Part shown: positions 29,442 through 38,120 of the stretch, piece after piece | How the letters are laid out: every line of letters starts with the position of its first letter | How positions within the stretch are numbered: the stretch's first letter is position 1 | NCBI GenBank assembly: GCA_963789265.1 | Contig: CAWBKB010000007.1 | Coordinates: 32,001 to 96,000 of the forward strand | Direction of reading: 5' to 3' | Length of the DNA stretch: 64,000 nucleotides | DNA from: an uncultured delta proteobacterium | GTDB taxonomy: Bacteria > Desulfobacterota > Desulfomonilia > Desulfomonilales > Desulfomonilaceae | Made by a program: the position numbers and the translations under genes | Notes under the pieces: generated by a model | Told to the model about the DNA's origin: nothing | Database searches by the model: none | The model's input: only the letters and a program-made list of their open reading frames with translations

Positions 29442-31790
29442 TCACTCGAAAGCCAGTTCCACCACCGTAACTCCGTCGCCCCCCGCTCGGATGTCACCGG
29501 GTCGGAAACTTCGGACAAGTGCATGGCCGGAGAGATATTCCCAGACAGCTTTCTTCAAGCGGCCCGTCCCTTTCCCATGAATGATGTTGAGTGAAGGCAA
29601 GCCTCCCAGAATAGCTTCGTCAATGGCTTTTTCAACAATGGGAAGAGCCTCATCGACCCTCAAGCCGATAACATTCAATTCCCATCTTGGGCTGACAGGT
29701 GGGATTTCTACCCTAACCTGTTCCTTTTTTGAAGAACTATTTTTGATGTTGCTCTGATCTTGAACTTCCACGTCGTCTGCATTCGCTCGAACTGTAAGAT
29801 AACCGACCCCTATCTCGACTCTTCCTCTGTCAAGCACTGCCTTGACTTCGCCTTCCCGGCCCAAAGACTTGACCCTGACCCGAGAGCCGACCTCAGGTAA
29901 CACCATCGGCTTTTCCAAAGGTGTTCCCAGTTTTGAGACGATTTCTTCCTTGATTGTGCCCAGTGTGTCCCGAGGATTGGCAGCGATCTTGGTCTTTCGA
30001 ACTTTCAAGGATTGCATGAGATCGGCGATTTGTTTTTCCGCATTCCGAATAAGTTCCCTGGCCTCTTTGCGGAACTCTTCAACAATCGCGTCCTTCTTGG
30101 ACCTGATCGTGTCCAACTCCACTTGAAGGTTTTGGCGTTTAACATCGAGGTCTCCGCGTAGGTTCTCCACCTCGGTAAGCTGCTGACGCAAACTCTCGAT
30201 CAGCCTTGAGCTGCCACCCGCGGCTTTGTCCGCGTATCTTCTTGCCGCATTCACTACACTGGGAGCAAGACCGATGCGCTCTGCGGTAACTATGGCGTGC
30301 GATTCGCCCGGCAAATCATAGAGGAGACGAAACGTCGGGGCCAGCGTGGCCGGATGGAATTCCACGCTAACATTAGTTACATCGCACCGGGACAGGGCAT
30401 AGGCTTTGAGATGCGTTAAATGCGTTGTGACCAGGACCTGAGCCCCTCGATCTATCAGTTCGTCCATGACAGCCATGGCCAAAGCCGAACCCTCCTCCGG
30501 ATCGGTGGCCCCTCCCAGCTCATCGAGCAAGACAAGATCTCCCCTGGACGCGCTATCCACAATCGCTTTAATTCTCAACATGTGTCCGGAGAAGGAAGAT
30601 ACGCGCCCTTTGATATCCTGTTCGTCGCCGATATCTACCATGATACGCGTGAAAAGCTGTATTTCAGTCCCTTCCCGGGCGGGCAGCAAGATACCGCACC
30701 GTGTCATAAGCGGAAACAGGCCGGCTATCTTCAAGGCTACGGTCTTTCCTCCCATATTGGGTCCGCTGATCACCGTAGCCTTGGTGGAAGGGTCCTGTAT
30801 CACATCCATCGGGACGACTTCGGTCTCCCTCCCGGCCAAGAGAAGCGGATGCCGGGCACCGACGATGCGAAAGCCTTCGGAGACCAGAACCGGCGAGACG
30901 GAAGAAGTTGCCAACGCGTATGAGGCTCGGGCCTGAAAGGCATCCAGCCACGTAAGAATTCTATAATCTTCGAGAATGATGCCGCGCTCGGATCGAATTT
31001 CTTCCGTCAGTTCTACAAAGATCCTGTAAATTTCCTCTCGTTCCTCATCCATCAACGAGGCCACCTGATTATTCAAATCCACCACGTGAAAGGGCTCCAC
31101 GTATACGGACGCGCCGCTATGAGAGTGATCGTGGACGATCCCGTCGAGCAGGCCTTTGAACTCGGGCCTGAGGAGTATCACATAGCGGTCGTTCCGAAGC
31201 GTGATGTAATCCTCTTGCACAACGCGAGCCAGATCGCGATCTCGGATCATCACGTCAAGCCTTTTACGAATCCGTTCCCGCATCGCACTGGTGCGCTTGT
31301 GGATCTCCTTGAGACGAGGGCTCGCGGTCGGCCTCACCACTCCGTTTTCGTCAAAGATCCTTCGGACATGATCTTCCAAAAGTGGGACTCCGCAGATCTT
31401 TAACGATTCTTCCCTGAGCAGTTTGAACCGATCTTCCAACGCCAACAACCGGCTTTGCACATGCCGCGCTGTGGCCAGTAGATCTGATACCGAGAGGACT
31501 TCCTCGACATCAAGGACGGCCGCCGGATTATCCAACCGCGCCATTATGCCGTCCATCGGCACGAGAGAAGCCAATCCGAGTGGGCCTTGGAGTCCGACAA
31601 TTTCCCTGAGTTCAGTAACTACGTTGAGGCTGAACTTGACGCGCTCGGCATCGCGTTCCGGAGATGTCGAGAGCACAGCCGCTCTCCCGGGTTGGGAAAG
31701 CGCGTGAGCAGCTATTTCTTCCAGAACTGCCGGCAGCTCCAGTGAAATCAAACCTTCAGAAACTAAATCAAGCACTGATTCATCACTCAT
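29442..31790 (-). CDS. mutS2: Endonuclease MutS2
   Basis: SGPNMGGKT, LLDELGGATDPEEG, C-terminal Smr domain IIHGKGTG. Confidence 0.95.
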   Translation of the reverse strand: MSDESVLDLVSEGLISLELPAVLEEIAAHALSQPGRAAVLSTSPERDAERVKFSLNVVTELREIVGLQGPLGLASLVPMDGIMARLDNPAAVLDVEEVLSVSDLLATARHVQSRLLALEDRFKLLREESLKICGVPLLEDHVRRIFDENGVVRPTASPRLKEIHKRTSAMRERIRKRLDVMIRDRDLARVVQEDYITLRNDRYVILLRPEFKGLLDGIVHDHSHSGASVYVEPFHVVDLNNQVASLMDEEREEIYRIFVELTEEIRSERGIILEDYRILTWLDAFQARASYALATSSVSPVLVSEGFRIVGARHPLLLAGRETEVVPMDVIQDPSTKATVISGPNMGGKTVALKIAGLFPLMTRCGILLPAREGTEIQLFTRIMVDIGDEQDIKGRVSSFSGHMLRIKAIVDSASRGDLVLLDELGGATDPEEGSALAMAVMDELIDRGAQVLVTTHLTHLKAYALSRCDVTNVSVEFHPATLAPTFRLLYDLPGESHAIVTAERIGLAPSVVNAARRYADKAAGGSSRLIESLRQQLTEVENLRGDLDVKRQNLQVELDTIRSKKDAIVEEFRKEARELIRNAEKQIADLMQSLKVRKTKIAANPRDTLGTIKEEIVSKLGTPLEKPMVLPEVGSRVRVKSLGREGEVKAVLDRGRVEIGVGYLTVRANADDVEVQDQSNIKNSSSKKEQVRVEIPPVSPRWELNVIGLRVDEALPIVEKAIDEAILGGLPSLNIIHGKGTGRLKKAVWEYLSGHALVRSFRPGDIRAGGDGVTVVELAFE

Positions 31791-31944
31791 GATCTTTGAT
31801 TTCGTACATAGTTGCGCTGAGTCGGCGGCGAGAAACGGAAGACCGGCACAAGACCGCAGAGGCAGAAAAACTAACACGTATCCGAAACGCCGTCGTTCGG
31901 TCCCAAACTGGAAGATGCCTCGGTTGTTCAGTCAAATGTCAATC

Positions 31945-32736
31945 TTACCGGCAAGCTGCTGTACTAAACCCGGATAAGCGCACCGGTATTCCCTGCGAGG
32001 CCAGGTAATCCTTCAGTTCTCTGATCGAGATTTCCCTGTAGTGGAAGATCGAGGCAGCAAGTACCGCATCAGCATTGGCGTGAACAAGAGCTTCCCTCAG
32101 GTGTTCCGCTGTTCCCGCGCCACCTGAGGCAATAACGGGAATTCCAACAATTGCCGTCACTGCCAGCGTCATCGGGATGTCAAATCCGGCCTTTGTTCCG
32201 TCTGCATCCATGCTTGTCAAAAGGATCTCGCCGGCGCCGAGCTCCTCGGCTTTCTTCGCCCATTCAAGGCAGTCCACGCCGGTCATGGTTCGTCCGCCGT
32301 GAATGGAAATTTCGTAGCCCGAGGCAGTTTTGCCGGTCTTCTTGGCGTCGATGGCAATCACTATACATTGACTGCCGAACATCAGCGAGGACTGCCGGAT
32401 AATCTCCGGATCCTGCACCGCGGCAGTGTTAAGGGAAACCTTGTCGGCCCCGGCCTTCAAAAGGGCCCTGATGTCTGCGGTGGTACGAATTCCGCCTCCA
32501 ACGGTAAGAGGCATGAAAACCTCGTCGGCCGTGCGCGCAACCACATCCAAGATGATGTTGCGTCTCTCGTGCGAGGCCGTGATATCCAGGAATACCAGTT
32601 CGTCTGCACCCTCGGTGTCATAAAACCGAGCATTTTCCACAGGGTCTCCGGCATCGCGCAAATTGACGAAGTTCACTCCTTTTACGACTCGTCCATCGCG
32701 CACGTCAAGACACGGAATGATTCGTTTAGCGAGCAT
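31945..32736 (-). CDS. hisF: Imidazole glycerol phosphate synthase cyclase subunit
   Basis: [26 protein letters not shown]. Confidence 0.98.
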   Translation of the reverse strand: MLAKRIIPCLDVRDGRVVKGVNFVNLRDAGDPVENARFYDTEGADELVFLDITASHERRNIILDVVARTADEVFMPLTVGGGIRTTADIRALLKAGADKVSLNTAAVQDPEIIRQSSLMFGSQCIVIAIDAKKTGKTASGYEISIHGGRTMTGVDCLEWAKKAEELGAGEILLTSMDADGTKAGFDIPMTLAVTAIVGIPVIASGGAGTAEHLREALVHANADAVLAASIFHYREISIRELKDYLASQGIPVRLSGFSTAACR

Positions 32737-33463
32737 TTACTCTTTCTGTTAATTCAATGGCTTCCTTCAAGTCTATGGTCCCTTCGTAAAGGGCTCTTCC
32801 GATTATAATGCCAATTACTCCTTCTTTTTCAAGGGGGAGGATTTTTTGCACATCTGACAGAGTGGACACCCCTCCCGACAGTATAACCGGAGAGGAAGTA
32901 TTCCTGGCAAAATCTCTCGTGGCTTCGATATTTGGTCCCAACAGCATGCCGTCTCTGGCAATGTCCGTGTAAATGAATGCTACGGGGCGGGCCGACACGA
33001 AGCGCGCTGCCAACTCGGATGCCTTGATATGTGCGGATTGGGTCCAGCCCTCGACGGCCACCTCGCCGGATCGGGCGTCGATCCCTATGGCCACTTTGCC
33101 GGGGAATAGTGACAAATAGTTCAAGACGAGGTCCGGATCTCTCGCGGCCATAGTTCCTAGAATTACAGTGTCAACCCCAATGTCCAGGTACATGCGGATA
33201 ATTTCGCCGCTTCTGATACCCCCTCCCACCTCAATGGGCACGCGCACTTCTTTTACAATAGCTTGGATTTGGCCAAGATTTTTTGGTTTTCCGCCCACGG
33301 AGCCATCAAGGTCCACTACATGGATACGTGCGGCCCCGAAGTTTTCCCAGACGCGGGCTTGCGCGCAAGGGTCCTCATTGAACACTGTCGAGGTGTCCAT
33401 ACGGCCCTGACGGAGCCGGACACACTTTCCGTCTTTGAGATCGATCGCTGGAATAACAATCAT
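32726..33463 (-). CDS. hisA: ProFAR isomerase
   Basis: [34 protein letters not shown]. Confidence 0.98.
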   Translation of the reverse strand: MIVIPAIDLKDGKCVRLRQGRMDTSTVFNEDPCAQARVWENFGAARIHVVDLDGSVGGKPKNLGQIQAIVKEVRVPIEVGGGIRSGEIIRMYLDIGVDTVILGTMAARDPDLVLNYLSLFPGKVAIGIDARSGEVAVEGWTQSAHIKASELAARFVSARPVAFIYTDIARDGMLLGPNIEATRDFARNTSSPVILSGGVSTLSDVQKILPLEKEGVIGIIIGRALYEGTIDLKEAIELTERVNAR

Positions 33464-33487
33464 TGGAGAGTATCGGCCGGTCGGAAT

Positions 33488-33510
33488 AAAAAAGCCCCCA
33501 AAGGGGGCTT
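33488..33510 (-). terminator. Rho-independent terminator after the Pro-rich genes
   Basis: AAGCCCCC-TTT-GGGGGCTTTTTT on the minus strand. Confidence 0.8.
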
Positions 33511-33533
33511 AATTATTCCACATTACCTTTCTG

Positions 33534-33908
33534 CTATTCAACAGGCAGGTAGTAAACGAAGGGTGGCCAGGGCACAACAAACTTCCACATGGGGACTGCC
33601 ACTGGAATGGGAGGCGGCGGAGCGCCACAGCCATACCCACAGGGTGGAGGGCAGGGTGGTGGTGGCGGCGCAGGATATTGCATTTTAACGTTGATAACTG
33701 TTGTCAGGTGCCGTTTGCACTTCACAGGCCTTACTTTGCAGGGCGGCGGGGCCGGGGCGCACATGCCTCCTACACATGGGGGGGCGGACGCCGGCATCAC
33801 CACTGGCTGGGGAGCCGGAATTGCACCCGTTGATGTCTCGGCCCATACCATGCCCGCCGCAGCCACGACGATCAGGATGAACCCGAGAATTCCTAGCTTT
33901 TTAACCAT
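33534..33908 (-). CDS. Secreted Pro/Cys-rich protein
   Basis: AGGAGG RBS; signal peptide MVKKLGILGFILIVVAAAGMVWA; PPPPPCPPPCGYGC. Confidence 0.75.
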   Translation of the reverse strand: MVKKLGILGFILIVVAAAGMVWAETSTGAIPAPQPVVMPASAPPCVGGMCAPAPPPCKVRPVKCKRHLTTVINVKMQYPAPPPPPCPPPCGYGCGAPPPPIPVAVPMWKFVVPWPPFVYYLPVE

Positions 33909-33987
33909 ACCCTCATCCTCCTTTCGACAAAACTCATTATATCTGAGCAAATCCTTACTTCTTTTGCCAGTCCTCTCTCGCGGCAGC

Positions 33988-34485
33988 CTACTTGTGCACC
34001 TTGCAAGGCATAGGGGGAGGCGGAGCCATGGGGACAGGCCCGCAAACCGGTTTCGTCTTCACATAGTTAGCCTTCACGTACACGCAGCGCGGAACTTTGT
34101 GGGTGCGGCAGCAGAGATCGGGGAACAGATCGAAATGCTCGTTCTTGATCTCCACGACAGGCACCAACCACTCGTAACGGCCAAGCGCTATAGGGTTGGG
34201 ATAGCATTGGGGATTGCCGTAAAAGGCAAGCGGAGTGCGAGGCCAAGCAACCCCTGCCAGGTAAGGAGCAACCACCCTGACCCGCCGCAGTTGGGCAGGC
34301 ACGGGCACGATCTCCTCTTTCACTTGAGAATAGTTGGTAGCCGCAGGCCCACACATGGGCGGGGGTCCCGGAGGTCCAGGCATATACGACGGACCGGCGG
34401 GGGGGCCGCCAGCAAGTGCAATCACCGAGCTAGCGCCGCACAACGCGAGAACCAACAGGCTCAGAAGAAGCAAACGTTTAACCAT
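33988..34485 (-). CDS. Secreted Pro/Cys-rich protein (probable paralogue)
   Basis: AGGAGG RBS; signal peptide MVKRLLLLSLLVLALCGASSVIALA; PPPMC/PPPPMPC repeats. Confidence 0.75.
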   Translation of the reverse strand: MVKRLLLLSLLVLALCGASSVIALAGGPPAGPSYMPGPPGPPPMCGPAATNYSQVKEEIVPVPAQLRRVRVVAPYLAGVAWPRTPLAFYGNPQCYPNPIALGRYEWLVPVVEIKNEHFDLFPDLCCRTHKVPRCVYVKANYVKTKPVCGPVPMAPPPPMPCKVHK

Positions 34486-34955
34486 ACCCTCAATCCTCCT
34501 TTCAACAGTTCCTCCCGACAACGTTCGGGAGACCCGTAAAAACATTCCCGGATAGAATCCGATTATATTCCGGAATGTATTTTTGGTACCAAATCAACTA
34601 CGGAATGTCAAGCTCTTTTTTTGCTTAACACCTCTAGGGCCGCCCTTTGAAGGCGTCTCACATCACTTTGTGTCGAGGCGCCGCGCTCCTTTCCGAACAC
34701 TTTGCATGGCGTGTCAGTCATGCGCGGGCTGTGTCCGTAGATCTTTCAGCTTATTCAAAGGTTTACTACAGTAACTATTCTCTAGCAGATGCCCTTCGAC
34801 AAGTCAACGTTTTTTTTTGCATCTTGGACACATGGCCTCCATTACCGTGGGCTTGGCGCAACAGAGCTTGGCACAAGAGCTTCGTACGTTTCAGCTCGAA
34901 GGGCTCGCCTTGACCGCCGATCCGCAGCCGCTCGGTCGGACAGCATGACGGCACC

Positions 34956-35708
34956 TTATATCATACCGTAGCCGCCATCCACACAGAGAACCTGGCCGGT
35001 AATATAATCCGATTCGTTGGATGCGAAGAAGACAAAGGCCGGGCTGATGTCGTCCGGGCCGGCAAACCTTTTCATGAGTATCCTATTGATATAAATTTCG
35101 GAAAGCTTTTCGTCGGTACGGATCTTTTCGGTCATGTCCGTTTCCACTATGCCCAGGGAAATCACGTTGGCGCACACATTGTACCGTGCTAACTCCCTGG
35201 CAACGCTTTTGGTAAAGCTGAGGATTCCCCCCTTTGCAGCAGCATAGTTCACTTGACCAACGGTACCCACCATGCCGGCCACTGAACTCACATTAATTAC
35301 CTTTCCGTAGTTCTGTTCCTTGAAATACCTGCAAGCCGCCTGAGTACACAGGAACGGGCCTTTTAGATCCGCGCCGACCACCGCGTCCCACTCATCTTCC
35401 GTCATCTTGTGCAACATCGCCGGGCGAGTAAATCCAGCGTTGTTCACGAGGATGTCGAGCCTCCCGAAATTCTCCTTGGCCGCGGCCATCATGCTTTCCA
35501 CTTCGGCTTTGCAGGCCACATCAGCGCGGACGGCTACCGACTTCCTCCCCATTGCGCGTATCGTTTCAACTAGTTCCTGAGCCTGACCTTCGCTGGAAGA
35601 GTAGTTTACGAGCACGTCTGCACCTGCTTTCGCAAACGCGAGTGCGACATTGCGCCCTACCCCTCGACTGCTGCCGGTGACTACCGCTGCTTTGCCGGCT
35701 AGTTTCAT
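34956..35708 (-). CDS. SDR oxidoreductase (FabG/acetoacetyl-CoA reductase-like)
   Basis: TGSSRGVG, NNAG, YAAAK. Confidence 0.93.
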   Translation of the reverse strand: MKLAGKAAVVTGSSRGVGRNVALAFAKAGADVLVNYSSSEGQAQELVETIRAMGRKSVAVRADVACKAEVESMMAAAKENFGRLDILVNNAGFTRPAMLHKMTEDEWDAVVGADLKGPFLCTQAACRYFKEQNYGKVINVSSVAGMVGTVGQVNYAAAKGGILSFTKSVARELARYNVCANVISLGIVETDMTEKIRTDEKLSEIYINRILMKRFAGPDDISPAFVFFASNESDYITGQVLCVDGGYGMI

Positions 35709-35771
35709 AGTGCCTCCTCATTAACTCTACAGTTGCACGCTGGCACCAGGAAGCTTAACAGGGAAGAAATG

Positions 35772-35928
35772 AAAAAAAAAGCCCCGAGAGGGACTCGGGG
35801 CGTGAAAGGAGGTATGGATATGGGTAATGTGCTTTTGTGCGTCCGCACATCTCACCGCACGGGCTGCCATGATGCGGAATTGTGTCGAGATTGTGCGATA
35901 CGTGTGTCACATAACCCCTGTTCAATAC
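35772..35928 (-). ncRNA. Candidate sigma54-dependent small RNA with an anti-SD motif
   Basis: Upstream GG-N10-GC promoter, closing stem GGGUUAUGUG/CACAUUACCC, CCUCCUUU, then GCCCCGAG hairpin plus U9. Confidence 0.6.
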
Positions 35929-35938
35929 GACACACTCT

Positions 35939-35954
35939 TGCAAGAAAGGTTCCG
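35939..35954 (-). promoter_or_regulatory. Putative sigma54 promoter
   Basis: CGGAAC-CTTTC-TTGCA with correct -24/-12 spacing. Confidence 0.6.
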
Positions 35955-36028
35955 AAATTTTCTTTATTGGGATTTCTTTTGTTAAGCCATTGGTTTGTTT
36001 AGGCAAACCCAATGAAGGGCATATCAAT

Positions 36029-36571
36029 TCACGGCGTGTATACTATCACAAGCAGTATGGACTGTTTACTGCTGAGATTCTTCAGGTTATGCGTGATACC
36101 TGAATTGAAATGCAAACTCCCTCCCTTTTTCACCACATTTATTTCGTCTCCCACCCTAATTTCCACTCTTCCTTCCACCACGTAGACAAACTCCTCACCC
36201 TCATGCTTGTAAGCGACCATTTCATGCTGTTTCATCGGGTCCAGTGTGACAAGATAGGCCCACAGATGTTTATCCTCCGCGCCGGGGGTCAAGGTCTTAT
36301 AAGAATATGCCTTGGTGCGCTTGCTATAGCTCTGTCTGCGCTCTTTCTTCTTCGCATCCGACAGCAGAGAGGCAGAGTCCACGGCAAGCCCCCTGGATAT
36401 CTGAATCAATACGCCCACCGGTGGAGAAACCTTCCCATCTTCTATTTCCTGAAGGTATTCGGGCGCATAACCTGTCTGATGAGCAAGCTGTTCAATCGCT
36501 ACATTTTGCCGCTCTCTCATTGTTCGGATGCGCTCCCCGAGACTTTGTCCTTTAGCGGGCTTTCTTGGCAT
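36029..36571 (-). CDS. XRE-family regulator with cupin domain
   Basis: N-terminal HTH (LGERIRTMR..IEDGKVSPP); cupin motif HEGEEFVYV..H. Confidence 0.92.
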   Translation of the reverse strand: MPRKPAKGQSLGERIRTMRERQNVAIEQLAHQTGYAPEYLQEIEDGKVSPPVGVLIQISRGLAVDSASLLSDAKKKERRQSYSKRTKAYSYKTLTPGAEDKHLWAYLVTLDPMKQHEMVAYKHEGEEFVYVVEGRVEIRVGDEINVVKKGGSLHFNSGITHNLKNLSSKQSILLVIVYTP

Positions 36572-36706
36572 GACCCTTCTCCTAGTAATCATCCACTTAC
36601 GTGGGGCAGGCTTTCCAGCCTGCCTTCTACAAGTTTAATGACACTTTCCGGCTGAAAACTGAATGCTTACGTCTCCGATTAGGTGGCTGTTGCTCCCGAC
36701 ATCAAA

Positions 36707-37873
36707 TCAGTATGTATCGGGTCTTTTTCTGCCCTTATACTTGCCCAGTTCTCGCGCAATCACAACCCTTTGAATTTGATTCGTACCCTCGAAGATCTGC
36801 GCGACTTTTGCGAAGCGCATGTACATTTCGACCGGGTATGATTTCATATACCCGTACCCTCCAAGAATTTGGACGGCTTCTGTGGTGACGCGCATAGCCA
36901 TGTCCGTAGCGAACCTTTTGGCCATAGCTGCTTCCATGACGCATGGCTCTCCTTGGTCCATCATGGACGCGGCCCTGTAGATCATCAGACGAGACGCTTC
37001 TATTTCAGTCGCCAGGTCCGCGACAAGGAATTGAAGGCCCTGGAACGAAATGATGGGACGGCCGAACTGGTGGCGCTTGTGAGCATAAGCGAGGGCATAG
37101 TCAAACGCTTGCTGCGCGAGACCGGTAGAGCAGGCCCCTATGCTTACGCGCCCCCCGTTTAAAGCTGTGAGCGCCATGCTGAACCCTTTTCCCTCTTCAC
37201 CAAGAAGATTCTCAAAAGGTATGAAGCAATCTCTGAAGTGCAGTTCGGTGGTGGGGGAGGCATTCAACCCCATTTTGGGCTCATGAGGCCCGAAAGAAAA
37301 GCCGGGTGTTCCTTTTTCGACTACGGCTGCACTGATCCCTTGCTGCTTTTGCGCGTCATCGGTCCGCACCATAACAGTATAGATGTCAGCCACTTCACCA
37401 CTGGTCACGTACAGCTTGGTGCCATTGAGCACGTACCCGCGGTCGGCCTTTACCGCGGACGTGCCCAGCGCTGCCGCGTCCGAACCCGCTTCGCCCTCAG
37501 TCAAAGAATATGCACCCAGTTTTTCGCCCAGTGCCAACGGCCTAACCCATCGCTCCCTCTGTTCTTCGTTGCCGTACTGATAGATCAGATTCGTCACCAT
37601 GTTGTGAACGCTGATGTATACCGCGGTTGCGAAGCAGCCTTTGGCCAGCTCTTCAAAAATGAGGGCCGCGGTCAGCCGTCCTACGCCGGTTCCCCCGTAT
37701 TGTTCAGGCACGTACAGGCCCGTAAAGTCGAGTTGGCCCATTTTGTCGAAGATGTCACGGGAGAAGGTGGAGCTTTCTTCCCATTCTCGAGCCTTAGGTG
37801 CAAGCTCCTTGGAAGCGAAATCGCGTGCCGCCTTCCTGATGAGACGCTGTTCATCGTTCAGTCTGAAATCCAT
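36707..37873 (-). CDS. Acyl-CoA dehydrogenase (butyryl-CoA dehydrogenase-like)
   Basis: YSLTEGEAGSD, KMGLNASPT, QILGGYGY, IFEGTNQIQR. Confidence 0.95.
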   Translation of the reverse strand: MDFRLNDEQRLIRKAARDFASKELAPKAREWEESSTFSRDIFDKMGQLDFTGLYVPEQYGGTGVGRLTAALIFEELAKGCFATAVYISVHNMVTNLIYQYGNEEQRERWVRPLALGEKLGAYSLTEGEAGSDAAALGTSAVKADRGYVLNGTKLYVTSGEVADIYTVMVRTDDAQKQQGISAAVVEKGTPGFSFGPHEPKMGLNASPTTELHFRDCFIPFENLLGEEGKGFSMALTALNGGRVSIGACSTGLAQQAFDYALAYAHKRHQFGRPIISFQGLQFLVADLATEIEASRLMIYRAASMMDQGEPCVMEAAMAKRFATDMAMRVTTEAVQILGGYGYMKSYPVEMYMRFAKVAQIFEGTNQIQRVVIARELGKYKGRKRPDTY

Positions 37874-38120
37874 AAGACAATCTCCCTGCCTCAGGGTCGT
37901 CCAAAGAGAGCGTTCCTGCTCTTGCTGTTCGGTTTCGTTTAGCTTTTGGAGCTGGAAATCAAAATGTTTTCACCGGAACGATAGGAAGGTCCGTCCGAAT
38001 AAATCAACCAAAACAAGATGTGTTCCTACCATTTAATTACCTTCTGACGGATAATATCGTCAATCAAAATGAACGCGGACCGGATCTTTGGCCTTTTAAG
38101 ATTGTCACGGATTCAATCAT

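Noticed and set aside
33589..34539. 316-aa Gly-rich ORF on the + strand
   Set aside because: It is the antisense shadow of the two Pro-rich genes, which have RBSs, signal peptides and a terminator
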